From positions 76,925 to 140,924 of IMG/VR virus record IMGVR_UViG_2645727636_000004: 64,000 nucleotides of DNA. One strand, given 5' to 3'. Shown piece after piece: positions 45,847-55,036 of this stretch. Positions within the stretch are counted from its first letter, which is position 1. Every line of letters begins with the position of its first letter. The stretch is from a virus (taxonomy: Duplodnaviria > Heunggongvirae > Uroviricota > Caudoviricetes). The notes under the pieces are model-generated. The model was given only the letters and a program-made list of their open reading frames with translations, was not told the origin of the DNA and searched no databases. The position numbers and the translations under genes were made by a program.

Positions 45847-45874
45847 TTGTAATATTAAAATAAGATGTTATAAT
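45847..45874 (+). promoter_or_regulatory. sigma-A-like promoter: TTGTAA, 16-nt spacer, extended -10 TGtTATAAT
   Basis: -35 at 45847-45852; TG at 45866-45867; -10 at 45869-45874; AAATACATAA at 45831-45840 lies 6 nt upstream. Confidence 0.6.
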
Positions 45875-45900
45875 AAATATATAAGTTAAGAAAGGGAGTG

Positions 45901-46074
45901 ATGACGATGGTCAGTAGATTGACTTATGAACATGAGATGGAGATTTTGAACGAGCTAGACTTATTGAATGAACAACAAGAATTTACTCGTGATAATGTTG
46001 TTTGGTGTAATAAGACGATCAAGAAACTGCTACTAGAATTACATTTTATAAGAAATGATATTATTAATCAATAA
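45901..46074 (+). CDS. hypothetical protein (57 aa)
   Basis: AAAGGGAG at 45891-45898; ATG at 45901 or 45907. Confidence 0.4.
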   Translation: MTMVSRLTYEHEMEILNELDLLNEQQEFTRDNVVWCNKTIKKLLLELHFIRNDIINQ

Positions 46075-46096
46075 AATACATAAAAAGTTAGGTGAT

Positions 46097-46471
46097 TTGA
46101 TATTGGTAGAAACTCCAGTGGAAGAAAAGAATGCAGTACAGTTAACTGAAGACTACAGAATTACAAGTGATCAACGTAACATCATTTTGCAGAAACGTTA
46201 TCAGAAGCGTGAAGGTCGTGGGAAGAATTCTCCTCTAATTGATAGTTACGACTACAAGGATGTAGGATACTTTGGTAATTTAAAATCATTACTAAATGGA
46301 TTAGTGAATTATGAAGTTCCTTTATCAGCTACAATGACAGGAAAAATTGAAGATGCACATCTACAAATTGAAAAGTTACGAGATGAGATTGTGCAGCATG
46401 TTTTGGATAAGGTGACTATTCTTCAATACAATCCTAAGTTAAAAGAAAATGTAGACGGTGATGCTGATTGA
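46097..46471 (+). CDS. hypothetical protein (TTG start; the track's start at 46055 would place the AAATACATAA motif in the coding region)
   Basis: AGGTGA at 46086-46091, then TTG 46097; motif at 46074-46083. Confidence 0.5.
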   Translation: MILVETPVEEKNAVQLTEDYRITSDQRNIILQKRYQKREGRGKNSPLIDSYDYKDVGYFGNLKSLLNGLVNYEVPLSATMTGKIEDAHLQIEKLRDEIVQHVLDKVTILQYNPKLKENVDGDAD

Positions 46472-46884
46472 CCAAGTACGGAGCTAAAAAAGTAGTAGAA
46501 GATGATATTCGGTTTGACTCGAAAATGGAACGTGACTACTATTTATACTTAAAGCAACAACGATCACAAGGTGAGATCAAAGGTTTTACTTTACAACCGT
46601 CTTTCGAATTACAATCCAAGTTTGAAAAGGATGGTAAAAAGTACAGAGCAATTACATATAAGGCTGATTTCAAAGTAATACATAATGATGAAAGTATAGA
46701 GATAATTGATGTAAAAGGAATGACTACACCTTTATTCAATATGAAGGAGAAAATGTATCATTATCATCATGGTCATCCATTAACTCTTATTACATACAGT
46801 AAAATTGATGGCGGATGGATAACATTAGAAGCATTGAAACAAGCTAGAGCATTACGGAAAAAGAATAAAAGCAAGAAAAAGTAA
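46468..46884 (+). CDS. DUF1064-family protein (putative PD-(D/E)xK-type nuclease/resolvase-like), 138 aa
   Basis: The N-terminal MTKYGAKKV...IRFDSKMERDYYLYL...GEIKGFTLQPSFEL...YKADFKV...IEIIDVKG matches the DUF1064 pattern recalled from phage genomes. Confidence 0.55.
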   Translation: MTKYGAKKVVEDDIRFDSKMERDYYLYLKQQRSQGEIKGFTLQPSFELQSKFEKDGKKYRAITYKADFKVIHNDESIEIIDVKGMTTPLFNMKEKMYHYHHGHPLTLITYSKIDGGWITLEALKQARALRKKNKSKKK

Positions 46885-46963
46885 TTAAAATTAACTATCG
46901 AACCTTGAGCGATGTAAATAATTGAAGCTTAAATTAATGAAGGTAAAAATAACTAACATTCGC

Positions 46964-47011
46964 ATGTTCTCAAACAATAAGTTTCGCCAAAGCTTATTAC
47001 ATATGTTCTCA
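46964..47011 (+). repeat. direct repeat ATGTTCTCA x2 flanking the imperfect palindrome AATAAGTTTCGCCAAAGCTTATT
   Basis: Copies at 46964-46972 and 47003-47011; palindrome at 46976-46998; lies in the 225-bp gap upstream of the SSB-like gene. Confidence 0.4.
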
Positions 47012-47110
47012 GTAAAATCCTAATATTATTTAAACTTTTAGTTAGGTACATTGTGATTGGTTCGATAATTAATAATTAAAATACATAATTGAAATGGAGA
47101 GATTTATTTA

Positions 47111-48130
47111 ATGGCTAAAACAACTCATGGATTACCGGAAACAAAAGGATTCTTCCGATTACGAGGAATTGCAACAGGATTAAAAAAGGAAGATGCCCTT
47201 AAACCACAAACATTCCCATCAGGTGCAGAAAAGAATACAGCAAAATTCGGTGTAAAGGTAGACCAAGAATCAACTGTCTTTATTAATGTAGAAGGTTTTA
47301 AAAGTAAGAATGCATATCTTTTCAAACAGTCTGAAGTTAAAGGAGAAAAACCGCAACAAAAAATTGTACCTTGGGATGATCGATACAACTACGAAGAAGA
47401 AGGATTTAAAGTTATCGGTACTCGCTTAGGATTAGAAAAAGATGAGAAAGGTAAGAACGTCATTTCTACATTTGCACAATACGATGCAGCAGAAGAAGTA
47501 GTTAGCGGTTTAAGTGATGATACTTCTATTTATATACAAGGTCAAATTGAATACTCTTCATTTAGAAATCGTGAAGGCGATGCCATTCGTAATAAAAAGC
47601 TGCTTGCTGATGCAGTATTCTTAAATACTAAAGATATTGATTTTGAAGAAGAAGGATTTGAATCATTATCAGATTTTAAACAAAAAATTGTGTTTATCGG
47701 AATTGAAAAAGCTGAAAATGGAGATAAATTCTTAATCGAAGCAAAAATCATTACTCAAAATTCAATCGAAAATGTAGAGTTTGTAGTTTATGAAAAGTCT
47801 CTAGCAAATATGATCAAGAAGAATTTAAAACCATACACATCTATTGATGTTAGTGGGAAAATCGTCAATAAGGCTGATGTAGAAGAAGTAAAAGAAACTG
47901 ACTCTTGGGGCAAAACAAATTCATTTGACAGAGCAAATACATCATATACTCGTGAATATGTAATCGAAGGTGCTAATCCAGAAACAATTGATACTGAAAC
48001 GTATACCCAATCAATTGTAGATGAAGCGTTAGAGAAATTAAATGCAGAAGGTCAACAGAAGTCATCTGAAACTTGGGGCAAAGGCAAAAAAGAAGAAGTT
48101 GAGATTGAGGAAGACTCATTACCTTGGTAA
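47111..48130 (+). CDS. putative single-stranded DNA-binding protein (function tentative), 339 aa
   Basis: Position ahead of the replication genes; acidic C-terminal tip EEVEIEEDSLPW resembles SSB tails (D/E-rich with an aromatic end); motif at 47078-47087 upstream. Confidence 0.4.
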   Translation: MAKTTHGLPETKGFFRLRGIATGLKKEDALKPQTFPSGAEKNTAKFGVKVDQESTVFINVEGFKSKNAYLFKQSEVKGEKPQQKIVPWDDRYNYEEEGFKVIGTRLGLEKDEKGKNVISTFAQYDAAEEVVSGLSDDTSIYIQGQIEYSSFRNREGDAIRNKKLLADAVFLNTKDIDFEEEGFESLSDFKQKIVFIGIEKAENGDKFLIEAKIITQNSIENVEFVVYEKSLANMIKKNLKPYTSIDVSGKIVNKADVEEVKETDSWGKTNSFDRANTSYTREYVIEGANPETIDTETYTQSIVDEALEKLNAEGQQKSSETWGKGKKEEVEIEEDSLPW

Positions 48131-48171
48131 CAGACATTATAGAAGATATAAAAAATATTACCTTATACATA

Positions 48172-48879
48172 ATGGATGAATTAAATATTGATAGAATGCC
48201 AACAATTGAAGAAATAAGGCGTTCAAATTATCGTGAATTGGAAAGAATGATATATTCTAATGGTGGTATGACTTTGTGGGCGAAAAAATTAAATTTGCCC
48301 ACAAAGAAAAAGATATATAGAGATTCCAGTTTGACAAAAGAAGAAGAGATAATCAGAGGCATCAAACAGGTTCAGGAAATATTAAAGATAAACTGTATGC
48401 CAACATATAGTCAAATTAGAACAACTTTAGAGAATGGTTACAGCATAACAGGATTAATCTCTAAAGGTAATGGATATAGATATTACGCTAACTTATTAAA
48501 CTTAGATTTACAAACTTCTGAAACCAATTTTGGAATAGATTATGAATTTAAAACACTAGACATGCTATTAAACAAAGGTTTTGAAGTTGAAAAAATGAGT
48601 GTTAAGCATCCATACGATATATTAGTAAATAAAGAAACTAAAATCGATGTTAAGACATCTAATTTACATAATACTAAAACTGGTTCGTTCTTCAAGTTTA
48701 ATATCTGGAGTAAAAAGCATAATTGCGATTATTATATAGCACATTGCGTTCTTGATGAGAAAATATTTAAAACTTTAATTATTCCTTCTAAGGAACTTCG
48801 ATCTTATAATTTTAGCGTAGGAATGAGAAGTAAATATGACGTGTATAAAGATAAGTGGGACTTAATAAAACAGGCATAA
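48172..48879 (+). CDS. PD-(D/E)xK nuclease-like protein with duplicated N-terminal approximately 35-aa repeats; possible free-standing or homing endonuclease
   Basis: Repeats MPTIEEIRRSNYRELERMIYSNGGMTLWAKKLNL and MPTYSQIRTTLENGYSITGLISKGNGYRYYANLLNL; C-terminal YDILVNKETKIDVKTS (D...D-x-K); weak RBS; the track's start at 48124 overlaps the upstream stop. Confidence 0.45.
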   Translation: MDELNIDRMPTIEEIRRSNYRELERMIYSNGGMTLWAKKLNLPTKKKIYRDSSLTKEEEIIRGIKQVQEILKINCMPTYSQIRTTLENGYSITGLISKGNGYRYYANLLNLDLQTSETNFGIDYEFKTLDMLLNKGFEVEKMSVKHPYDILVNKETKIDVKTSNLHNTKTGSFFKFNIWSKKHNCDYYIAHCVLDEKIFKTLIIPSKELRSYNFSVGMRSKYDVYKDKWDLIKQA

Positions 48880-48930
48880 CATTTGTAATTAAAATAAAAA
48901 ATACATAATTAATAGGAGTGTAATTTATTC

Positions 48931-50073
48931 ATGGCAAAAGCTAAACGTGGTAGTACAGTAAAAAAAGGTTTAAAGTTCTTTAATTTTGGTGAAGCAGGAA
49001 CTTGGAAATCTACATTTGCATTAGACTTCATGAAGATGAAAGGCGAAAACGGAAAGCCGTTACGTGTATTATATATCGATTGTGAAGCAGGTAGTGTAGA
49101 TAACTACCTTGAATCGCTTGAAGAGCAAGGTATTAACTTAGACAACCTTTTACTTGTTTATACAACATCTTATTCAGAGGTTGAAGAGTGGGCGCAAAAA
49201 GCCATGCAAGAGGAGACATTGTATATCGAAGATGATGAAGGAAATCTTGAAGAAGTATTCGATGCAGATGGAAATCCTTTCATTGCAGATGTAATTGTAG
49301 TAGATGGCATTACGGTAATTAGTGATAATGTAAAATTTGCTGCAATCAATGTATCAGAAAAACGTGCTAAGTTAAAAGCGAAATCTCAAGATAAAACAGC
49401 TACAGAGCAGTTTGTGGCTGAGTCCACTGCAGGATTAGAATTTAAAGACCACGACAAAATCAAAATGAAGGGTAAGAATTTGTTACGTAGCCTTATTACA
49501 GGAACAGATAAATATGTAGTAGTGACTTCTCGTGAGAAAACTAAAAAGCAAATGGTTGATGTTGATGGAAAAATGCAATTAGTTGAAGTTGGCAAAGTCC
49601 CTGATACATGGGATGGAGTAGAGTACGAGTTCTTTACAGTACTACGTCATTTCGAAGATGATATGGGACAAATTAAAGCACAAGTAATGCGTAAAGATAG
49701 AACACAAGTTTATGCTCAAAATGTTGTAATTGACGATCCTTCGCCTTTATTATGGCAAGATGTAATTGATAAAAACAAAGGTAAAAAATCGAATGTTGTA
49801 GGAAATAGTATGTCAGATTCTATCAAAAAAGATGAAGACTTATTATCTGAATCAATGACAAATAAAAAAGAAAAAGCGCAAGAAGAAGAAGCTCTTCCAG
49901 AAGTGGCTGTAGATAGTTTGCGTGACGAGATCGGAAAGTTAATTTCAGCATTAACTCCACTGAAAAAGAAATCGTTAGGTGCAAAAGTTAAGGCTTCTGG
50001 TTTGGATATTGACTTTAACCAAATTGAAGCTATTTCAGATTTAGAGAAATTCTTAAAATTAATTAAAGAATAA
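48931..50073 (+). CDS. RecA-superfamily ATPase (Sak4-like/AAA-like), function tentative; 380 aa
   Basis: P-loop-like FGEAGTWKST, Walker-B-like ADVIVVDGIT, acidic C-terminus; motif at 48898-48907 upstream. Confidence 0.5.
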   Translation: MAKAKRGSTVKKGLKFFNFGEAGTWKSTFALDFMKMKGENGKPLRVLYIDCEAGSVDNYLESLEEQGINLDNLLLVYTTSYSEVEEWAQKAMQEETLYIEDDEGNLEEVFDADGNPFIADVIVVDGITVISDNVKFAAINVSEKRAKLKAKSQDKTATEQFVAESTAGLEFKDHDKIKMKGKNLLRSLITGTDKYVVVTSREKTKKQMVDVDGKMQLVEVGKVPDTWDGVEYEFFTVLRHFEDDMGQIKAQVMRKDRTQVYAQNVVIDDPSPLLWQDVIDKNKGKKSNVVGNSMSDSIKKDEDLLSESMTNKKEKAQEEEALPEVAVDSLRDEIGKLISALTPLKKKSLGAKVKASGLDIDFNQIEAISDLEKFLKLIKE

Positions 50074-50086
50074 TACATACAACATT

Positions 50087-50120
50087 AGGGGATTGAATTT
50101 TTTCTTTCCCCTTATTTTTT
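50087..50120 (+). terminator. intrinsic terminator (AGGGGA/TCCCCT stem, then TTATTTTTT)
   Basis: Arms at 50087-50092 and 50107-50112; T-run at 50113-50120. Confidence 0.55.
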
Positions 50121-50139
50121 AAAATGAGGTGTAGCTATT

Positions 50140-50820
50140 ATGAAGTACAAATGTCATTCATGTGATACAAAAAAGCTAAAAGAATTAAAATTGCAAGGAT
50201 TAGATAAAGATAAACATGGAAAGTCAATTAGATTACAGTCAATCGACACTGAAAGAGATTCTTACTTAAAAATAAACGGAAGGTATTACCATGAGGAGTG
50301 TTTTAAAAATGAATTAACTAAGAAAGGCAAGATGAGTAAGGAGGAAATAGACGGCATGATTGTCGGTTATCAATTAGAACAACATAAAGACAAACAATTA
50401 GCTGAATCTAAAAATAGATTTTATGAATGGATCAAAGAACATTATCAAGTTACATTGCCTAATTATTATTGTATGAGGGTTGATAAGATCACACAAGGGA
50501 GAGACGACAAGGTTTACGGTTCGATTTCCTATGATGAGTTTTTAGAAATGTACTCTATGTTGATTAATTACCTAGCAAAGCAAACATTAAATAAGAAATT
50601 CAAAAACACTTCTCAGAGAATGAATTATGAATTAGCTATTGTTATTAGTAAATATGAAGATTATAAGAATTACAAAGAAAGATTAGAAGAAAAGAATCAT
50701 CAAACAGTTGATATCAAGTCAAAAATCGACTCCTCTAATAAGTTCAATCAAGTAGTTGAAAAAGCCAGAAAGGATACTGACGATTTTAGAGTAGCAGATA
50801 TTCACGATGAGTTGATCTAG
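50140..50820 (+). CDS. hypothetical protein with an N-terminal Cys/His zinc-finger-like motif (226 aa)
   Basis: CHSCD...HEEC motif; RBS aatGAGGtgtagctattATG; sits just upstream of the helicase (possible loader, speculative). Confidence 0.55.
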   Translation: MKYKCHSCDTKKLKELKLQGLDKDKHGKSIRLQSIDTERDSYLKINGRYYHEECFKNELTKKGKMSKEEIDGMIVGYQLEQHKDKQLAESKNRFYEWIKEHYQVTLPNYYCMRVDKITQGRDDKVYGSISYDEFLEMYSMLINYLAKQTLNKKFKNTSQRMNYELAIVISKYEDYKNYKERLEEKNHQTVDIKSKIDSSNKFNQVVEKARKDTDDFRVADIHDELI

Positions 50821-50830
50821 GAGGAAGCAA

Positions 50831-52285
50831 ATGGTTGAAAAAAGAAAAGATAATGACTACGCATCTGAAGCATTATTAGTTGGTTCATTATATAAAAACG
50901 TAGATTTATACATAGAATATGCGGATTTAATTAAATCAAAATACGATTTTCACGATGAAGAACTTCGTTATTTATACGATATGTTTGAGCTGTTTTATAT
51001 GACGTTCTCACAAGAAATGAACGAGTCAAAATTCACTATCTTTATGAGTCAGGATAGCGAACGTGCAAAGAGATATAAAGATATAGGTGGTTGGCGAACA
51101 ATCGAATATCAAATGAGCCTAGCAGACGATAAAGATATTGATAGGTATTTTGATACAGTGAAGAAGTATTCATTAATACGTGAATTCGCAAGAAAGAACT
51201 TCCCAACAGATAAAATGTTACAACATCCTAAGTTTCCCCAGATGAAAGCTGAAGATATTATCAGTACAATGCGTTATGCAGTAGATAATATTAATACTGT
51301 TATTGGTGGAGGAAAACAAGCAACACTATTAGGTAGTAAATTTAAAGATAAATTAGAGTCATGGAAACAGACTCCAGACATCGGGCATCCATTACCTTTC
51401 CCTAAGTGGGATGAGTACTTTAGAGGGTTACGTAAAAAGAAAGTATTGGTCGATGGTATGTTATCGAATGAAGGTAAAAGTAGACGTATGGCTAAGGTAG
51501 TAAACTTCATTGGGGTATTAAAGCGAGTTCCTATCTTAGTATTGGTTAATGAGCAAGATGAAGATGAGTGGTACGCAATGCAAGCATCTACAATTTGCAA
51601 TAACTATGAGTTTAATTTTTTAAATACGAATCATGACAATAAAGAATCACTTACGAATATCACAGAGTCAGACATACTGAACGGTGTTTACGAGTCAGAG
51701 GAACAGTATCATTTGATTACAGAAATTGTAGGAGAATGGATTAAAGAAAACACAAGGGTTTATTTCTTAGAGCTTAATCAGTATTCAGATGAAGACTTAC
51801 AACGTGAAATTAAAAAGCACGTATTAGGATTAGGTGTAGAAGTAATTTATTACGATACTTTAAAAGGCTTTAAGGGCGATCAATGGGAGACAGTTAAGCA
51901 GACAACAACAATGATTAAAAATGTTTGTGGAGAAATGAATGTCGCAGGATACTGTACAATTCAATTAACTGATGAGACTCATAATATCGATATCTTTGAT
52001 TTGAATTCAAATAATATTGCCAATGCTAAACAGCTATATCACGTAGTCGATCATATGATTTTGGAGAAACGGTTGAATCCTAATGATTATCATAAGTACA
52101 GAATTACTAACGAATGGGGTACATACGAATTGGATAAAAATAAAACGTACTATGGTCAAAAAATAGCAAAGAATCGTGGTACAGGTAAGGGAACTGTCTT
52201 AGTTACAGAGGTGAATTTAGATAGGAATACATGGTATGAAGTAGGATTTCTAACTAAGGTATTTAAACCGAAGAACGATAAATAA
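50831..52285 (+). CDS. replicative DNA helicase, DnaB-like (484 aa)
   Basis: DnaB-N-like ASEALLVGSLYKNVDLY; Walker A VDGMLSNEGKSRR; length and adjacency to the primase. Confidence 0.7.
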   Translation: MVEKRKDNDYASEALLVGSLYKNVDLYIEYADLIKSKYDFHDEELRYLYDMFELFYMTFSQEMNESKFTIFMSQDSERAKRYKDIGGWRTIEYQMSLADDKDIDRYFDTVKKYSLIREFARKNFPTDKMLQHPKFPQMKAEDIISTMRYAVDNINTVIGGGKQATLLGSKFKDKLESWKQTPDIGHPLPFPKWDEYFRGLRKKKVLVDGMLSNEGKSRRMAKVVNFIGVLKRVPILVLVNEQDEDEWYAMQASTICNNYEFNFLNTNHDNKESLTNITESDILNGVYESEEQYHLITEIVGEWIKENTRVYFLELNQYSDEDLQREIKKHVLGLGVEVIYYDTLKGFKGDQWETVKQTTTMIKNVCGEMNVAGYCTIQLTDETHNIDIFDLNSNNIANAKQLYHVVDHMILEKRLNPNDYHKYRITNEWGTYELDKNKTYYGQKIAKNRGTGKGTVLVTEVNLDRNTWYEVGFLTKVFKPKNDK

Positions 52286-52311
52286 CTTTATATGTAATTG
52301 AGGTGAATACT

Positions 52312-53349
52312 TTGGATGCTTTAGATTTAAAAGAAAGGATTATTGATGATGATAAAGTTAGATTAATCCTAGAAGAATTAGGTATGCATTCAATAGAATC
52401 AAACAGTAGGTACTATTCTTGTGGTATGCCTGACGGAGACAATCAAAACTCGACTATTATATATAGGGATAATTTAAATGTTGATGCATATACAAGAAAC
52501 ATAAAAGACGCTTACGGTAATAGCGATATCATTTCATTAGTATCATATGTAAATGAAGCTTATTTCTCCGATAGCTTAAAGTGGATATGTGATGTTTGTG
52601 GTTATGATTATTATGAAAAACAAAAGCCAAAATCAAAATTAGCAACATGGGCTAGAGATATGATGCGGATAAAAAATAGAGAAAAAGAATCTGTTGACGA
52701 ACACCTTGAACCTATAGATGAAGAAATCCTTAATTATTACGGTCTTTATGTGACTGATTTATTTAAAAATGATGGAATAGGTTATCATACACAAGAGGAA
52801 TTTGAGTTGGGTTACGATATAGAGTCAAACATGATCGCCATGCCAATTCGAGATGAATTAGGGAATTTAGTGGGAATTAAAGGAAGATTGAATAGTGAAG
52901 TTGTTAAACCGCACGAAAATAAGTACATATATCTGCATCCTTGCGCTAAGACAAAAATCTTGTATGGTCTAGACAAGGCAAAACATAACATATTAAAACA
53001 AAAAGAAGTGATAGTACTAGAGGCTGAAAAGAGCGTTCAACAACTTTGGGATAAAGGAGTAAAGAATGCGGTTGCTATTGGTGGTCATAAATTATCAAAA
53101 ACACAAGTGAAAAAGTTGACTTTGTTAGGTGTGAGAATTGTAATTGCATACGACAAAGGTGTAGAGATAGGTAGGGATGGACTCGTAGATAAAAACTTCT
53201 ATACTAATGAATTTGATAAATTTATGAAGAATCAAGAGTTGTATTGCATCTATGATACAAAAGGTTTACTTAAAGATAAGGAAAGCCCTAGTGATAATTT
53301 TGATAACTGGAACAAGCTTTATGAAACGAAAAGAAAGGTGAGAGGTTGA
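52312..53349 (+). CDS. DNA primase (Toprim domain)
   Basis: VIVLEAEKSV (Toprim E) and VIAYDKGVE (DxD-like); TTG at 52312 lies 7 nt after GAGGTG; adjacent to the helicase. Confidence 0.5.
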   Translation: MDALDLKERIIDDDKVRLILEELGMHSIESNSRYYSCGMPDGDNQNSTIIYRDNLNVDAYTRNIKDAYGNSDIISLVSYVNEAYFSDSLKWICDVCGYDYYEKQKPKSKLATWARDMMRIKNREKESVDEHLEPIDEEILNYYGLYVTDLFKNDGIGYHTQEEFELGYDIESNMIAMPIRDELGNLVGIKGRLNSEVVKPHENKYIYLHPCAKTKILYGLDKAKHNILKQKEVIVLEAEKSVQQLWDKGVKNAVAIGGHKLSKTQVKKLTLLGVRIVIAYDKGVEIGRDGLVDKNFYTNEFDKFMKNQELYCIYDTKGLLKDKESPSDNFDNWNKLYETKRKVRG

Positions 53350-55023
53350 TTGTTTAAATACGAACTAATCGGAGACAATGACTATATATTTGATATTATT
53401 GGTACTCTTTCACAAAACAGAGATGTTTCAAACCTTAATGATTATCTTGATTTAGATAAATCAGTTACTCAGGATTGGAAAATATTAAAGAATATACATA
53501 ATGTTAAAAATGCAATTGCTAAACATATTGATAATGGTTCAAAAATACATATAGTTGTAGACTCAGATGCTGATGGTTATACAAGTGCATCAATATTGTA
53601 TCAATATTTAAAATTACAAAACGAAGAATTAGACATTGCTTATCACATTCACGACAAAAAAACACATGGCATTGCAAATGTAAGTGATGGCTTAGAAATA
53701 GATTTATTATTAATTCCAGATGCTTCATCAAATGAAGAAAAAGAACATAAACGGTTTTATGATAAAGGCATAGATGTTGTAGTAATTGATCACCATGAAA
53801 TAGATTGTGAAGAAAGTAAGTACGCAGCAATCGTTAATCCATATTTAAATAATGAAGGCAATATGTCATTAAGTGGTGCAGGGATGGTATACAAAGTATG
53901 CCAAGCATTAGATGAACACTACGATACCGATTTTGCCGATTATTTCTTAGACTTAGTGGCAGTAGGAAATGTTGCAGATATGATGTCATTGAAAGAATTA
54001 GAGACACGTTACTTAATTAATGAAGGTTTACTAAATATAAATAATTCATTTCTACAAGCATTAATAACCAAACAAGAATACTCAATGAAGAGTAAATTAA
54101 ATCCAACTACTATTGGTTTCTATATTGCGCCTCTCATTAATGCTGTTACTAGGATAGGAACTATTGAAGAAAGAGAAGACATGTTTAAGGCGTTTATCGA
54201 GTATAAAGAGCTAGTTGAATATACTCCTAGAGGAAAAGATAAGTCAGAGTTAGTTCCTTTTGTAAGTGACTTTGCCAGACAATGTGTAAACATAAAGTCA
54301 CGACAAGACAGAATGAAAAATAAGATGGTAGAAGCTATTATTGAAAAAGCATCAGTGAATGACGAAGATAAGGTTTTATTCCTAAAGGACATGAATATTG
54401 ATAATGGATCAAAAGGTTTGATAGCTAACCAACTAGCAAGTAAATTTATGAAGCCGATTATTATTGTTGACTACAATAGCAAAGAGGGTTTGTATACTGG
54501 TAGTGGGAGAAGTTATGGTGGATTTGATGAGTTAAGGGATATCTTAAACGATAGCGAACACATTGAATACGCTAAGGGTCATGGATCAGCATTTGGATTA
54601 GGAATCAGTAAGGAAAATATTGAAGGTATTACAACGCATCTAAATGACCTGATGTCTAAAGTTGATTTTAGTAAGAAGTATAAAGTTGATTTTTTAATAC
54701 CTTTAAAATCAATGAACTCATCTGTTATCGAAGAAATTAGTGAGCTTTCTCCTGTATGGGGAAAAGATTTATCTGAGCCAAAGATAGTAATTAATGATTT
54801 TAAATTAAATGATGTAAACTTAGAAATCATTGGTTCTAAATTAGATACGATTCAAATGCAACGTGGAAATATTACGTACATAATGTTTAAACAGAATGAA
54901 GAAGCTATTTTAAATATAAAAAATGCAAAAGAAATTGAAATAGTTGGAACTTGTAGTATTAATAAATATAAGGGAATCAAGCAATATCAATTTATTATTG
55001 ATGATATAAATATTATTAAGTAA
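53350..55023 (+). CDS. DHH-family phosphoesterase, RecJ-like ssDNA exonuclease (557 aa)
   Basis: IHIVVDSDADGYTSASILYQYL (DHH motif I/II), VVVIDHHEID (DHH), AKGHGSAFGLGI (GGH-like motif). Confidence 0.75.
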   Translation: MFKYELIGDNDYIFDIIGTLSQNRDVSNLNDYLDLDKSVTQDWKILKNIHNVKNAIAKHIDNGSKIHIVVDSDADGYTSASILYQYLKLQNEELDIAYHIHDKKTHGIANVSDGLEIDLLLIPDASSNEEKEHKRFYDKGIDVVVIDHHEIDCEESKYAAIVNPYLNNEGNMSLSGAGMVYKVCQALDEHYDTDFADYFLDLVAVGNVADMMSLKELETRYLINEGLLNINNSFLQALITKQEYSMKSKLNPTTIGFYIAPLINAVTRIGTIEEREDMFKAFIEYKELVEYTPRGKDKSELVPFVSDFARQCVNIKSRQDRMKNKMVEAIIEKASVNDEDKVLFLKDMNIDNGSKGLIANQLASKFMKPIIIVDYNSKEGLYTGSGRSYGGFDELRDILNDSEHIEYAKGHGSAFGLGISKENIEGITTHLNDLMSKVDFSKKYKVDFLIPLKSMNSSVIEEISELSPVWGKDLSEPKIVINDFKLNDVNLEIIGSKLDTIQMQRGNITYIMFKQNEEAILNIKNAKEIEIVGTCSINKYKGIKQYQFIIDDINIIK

Positions 55024-55036
55024 TGGAGGTTATAAC

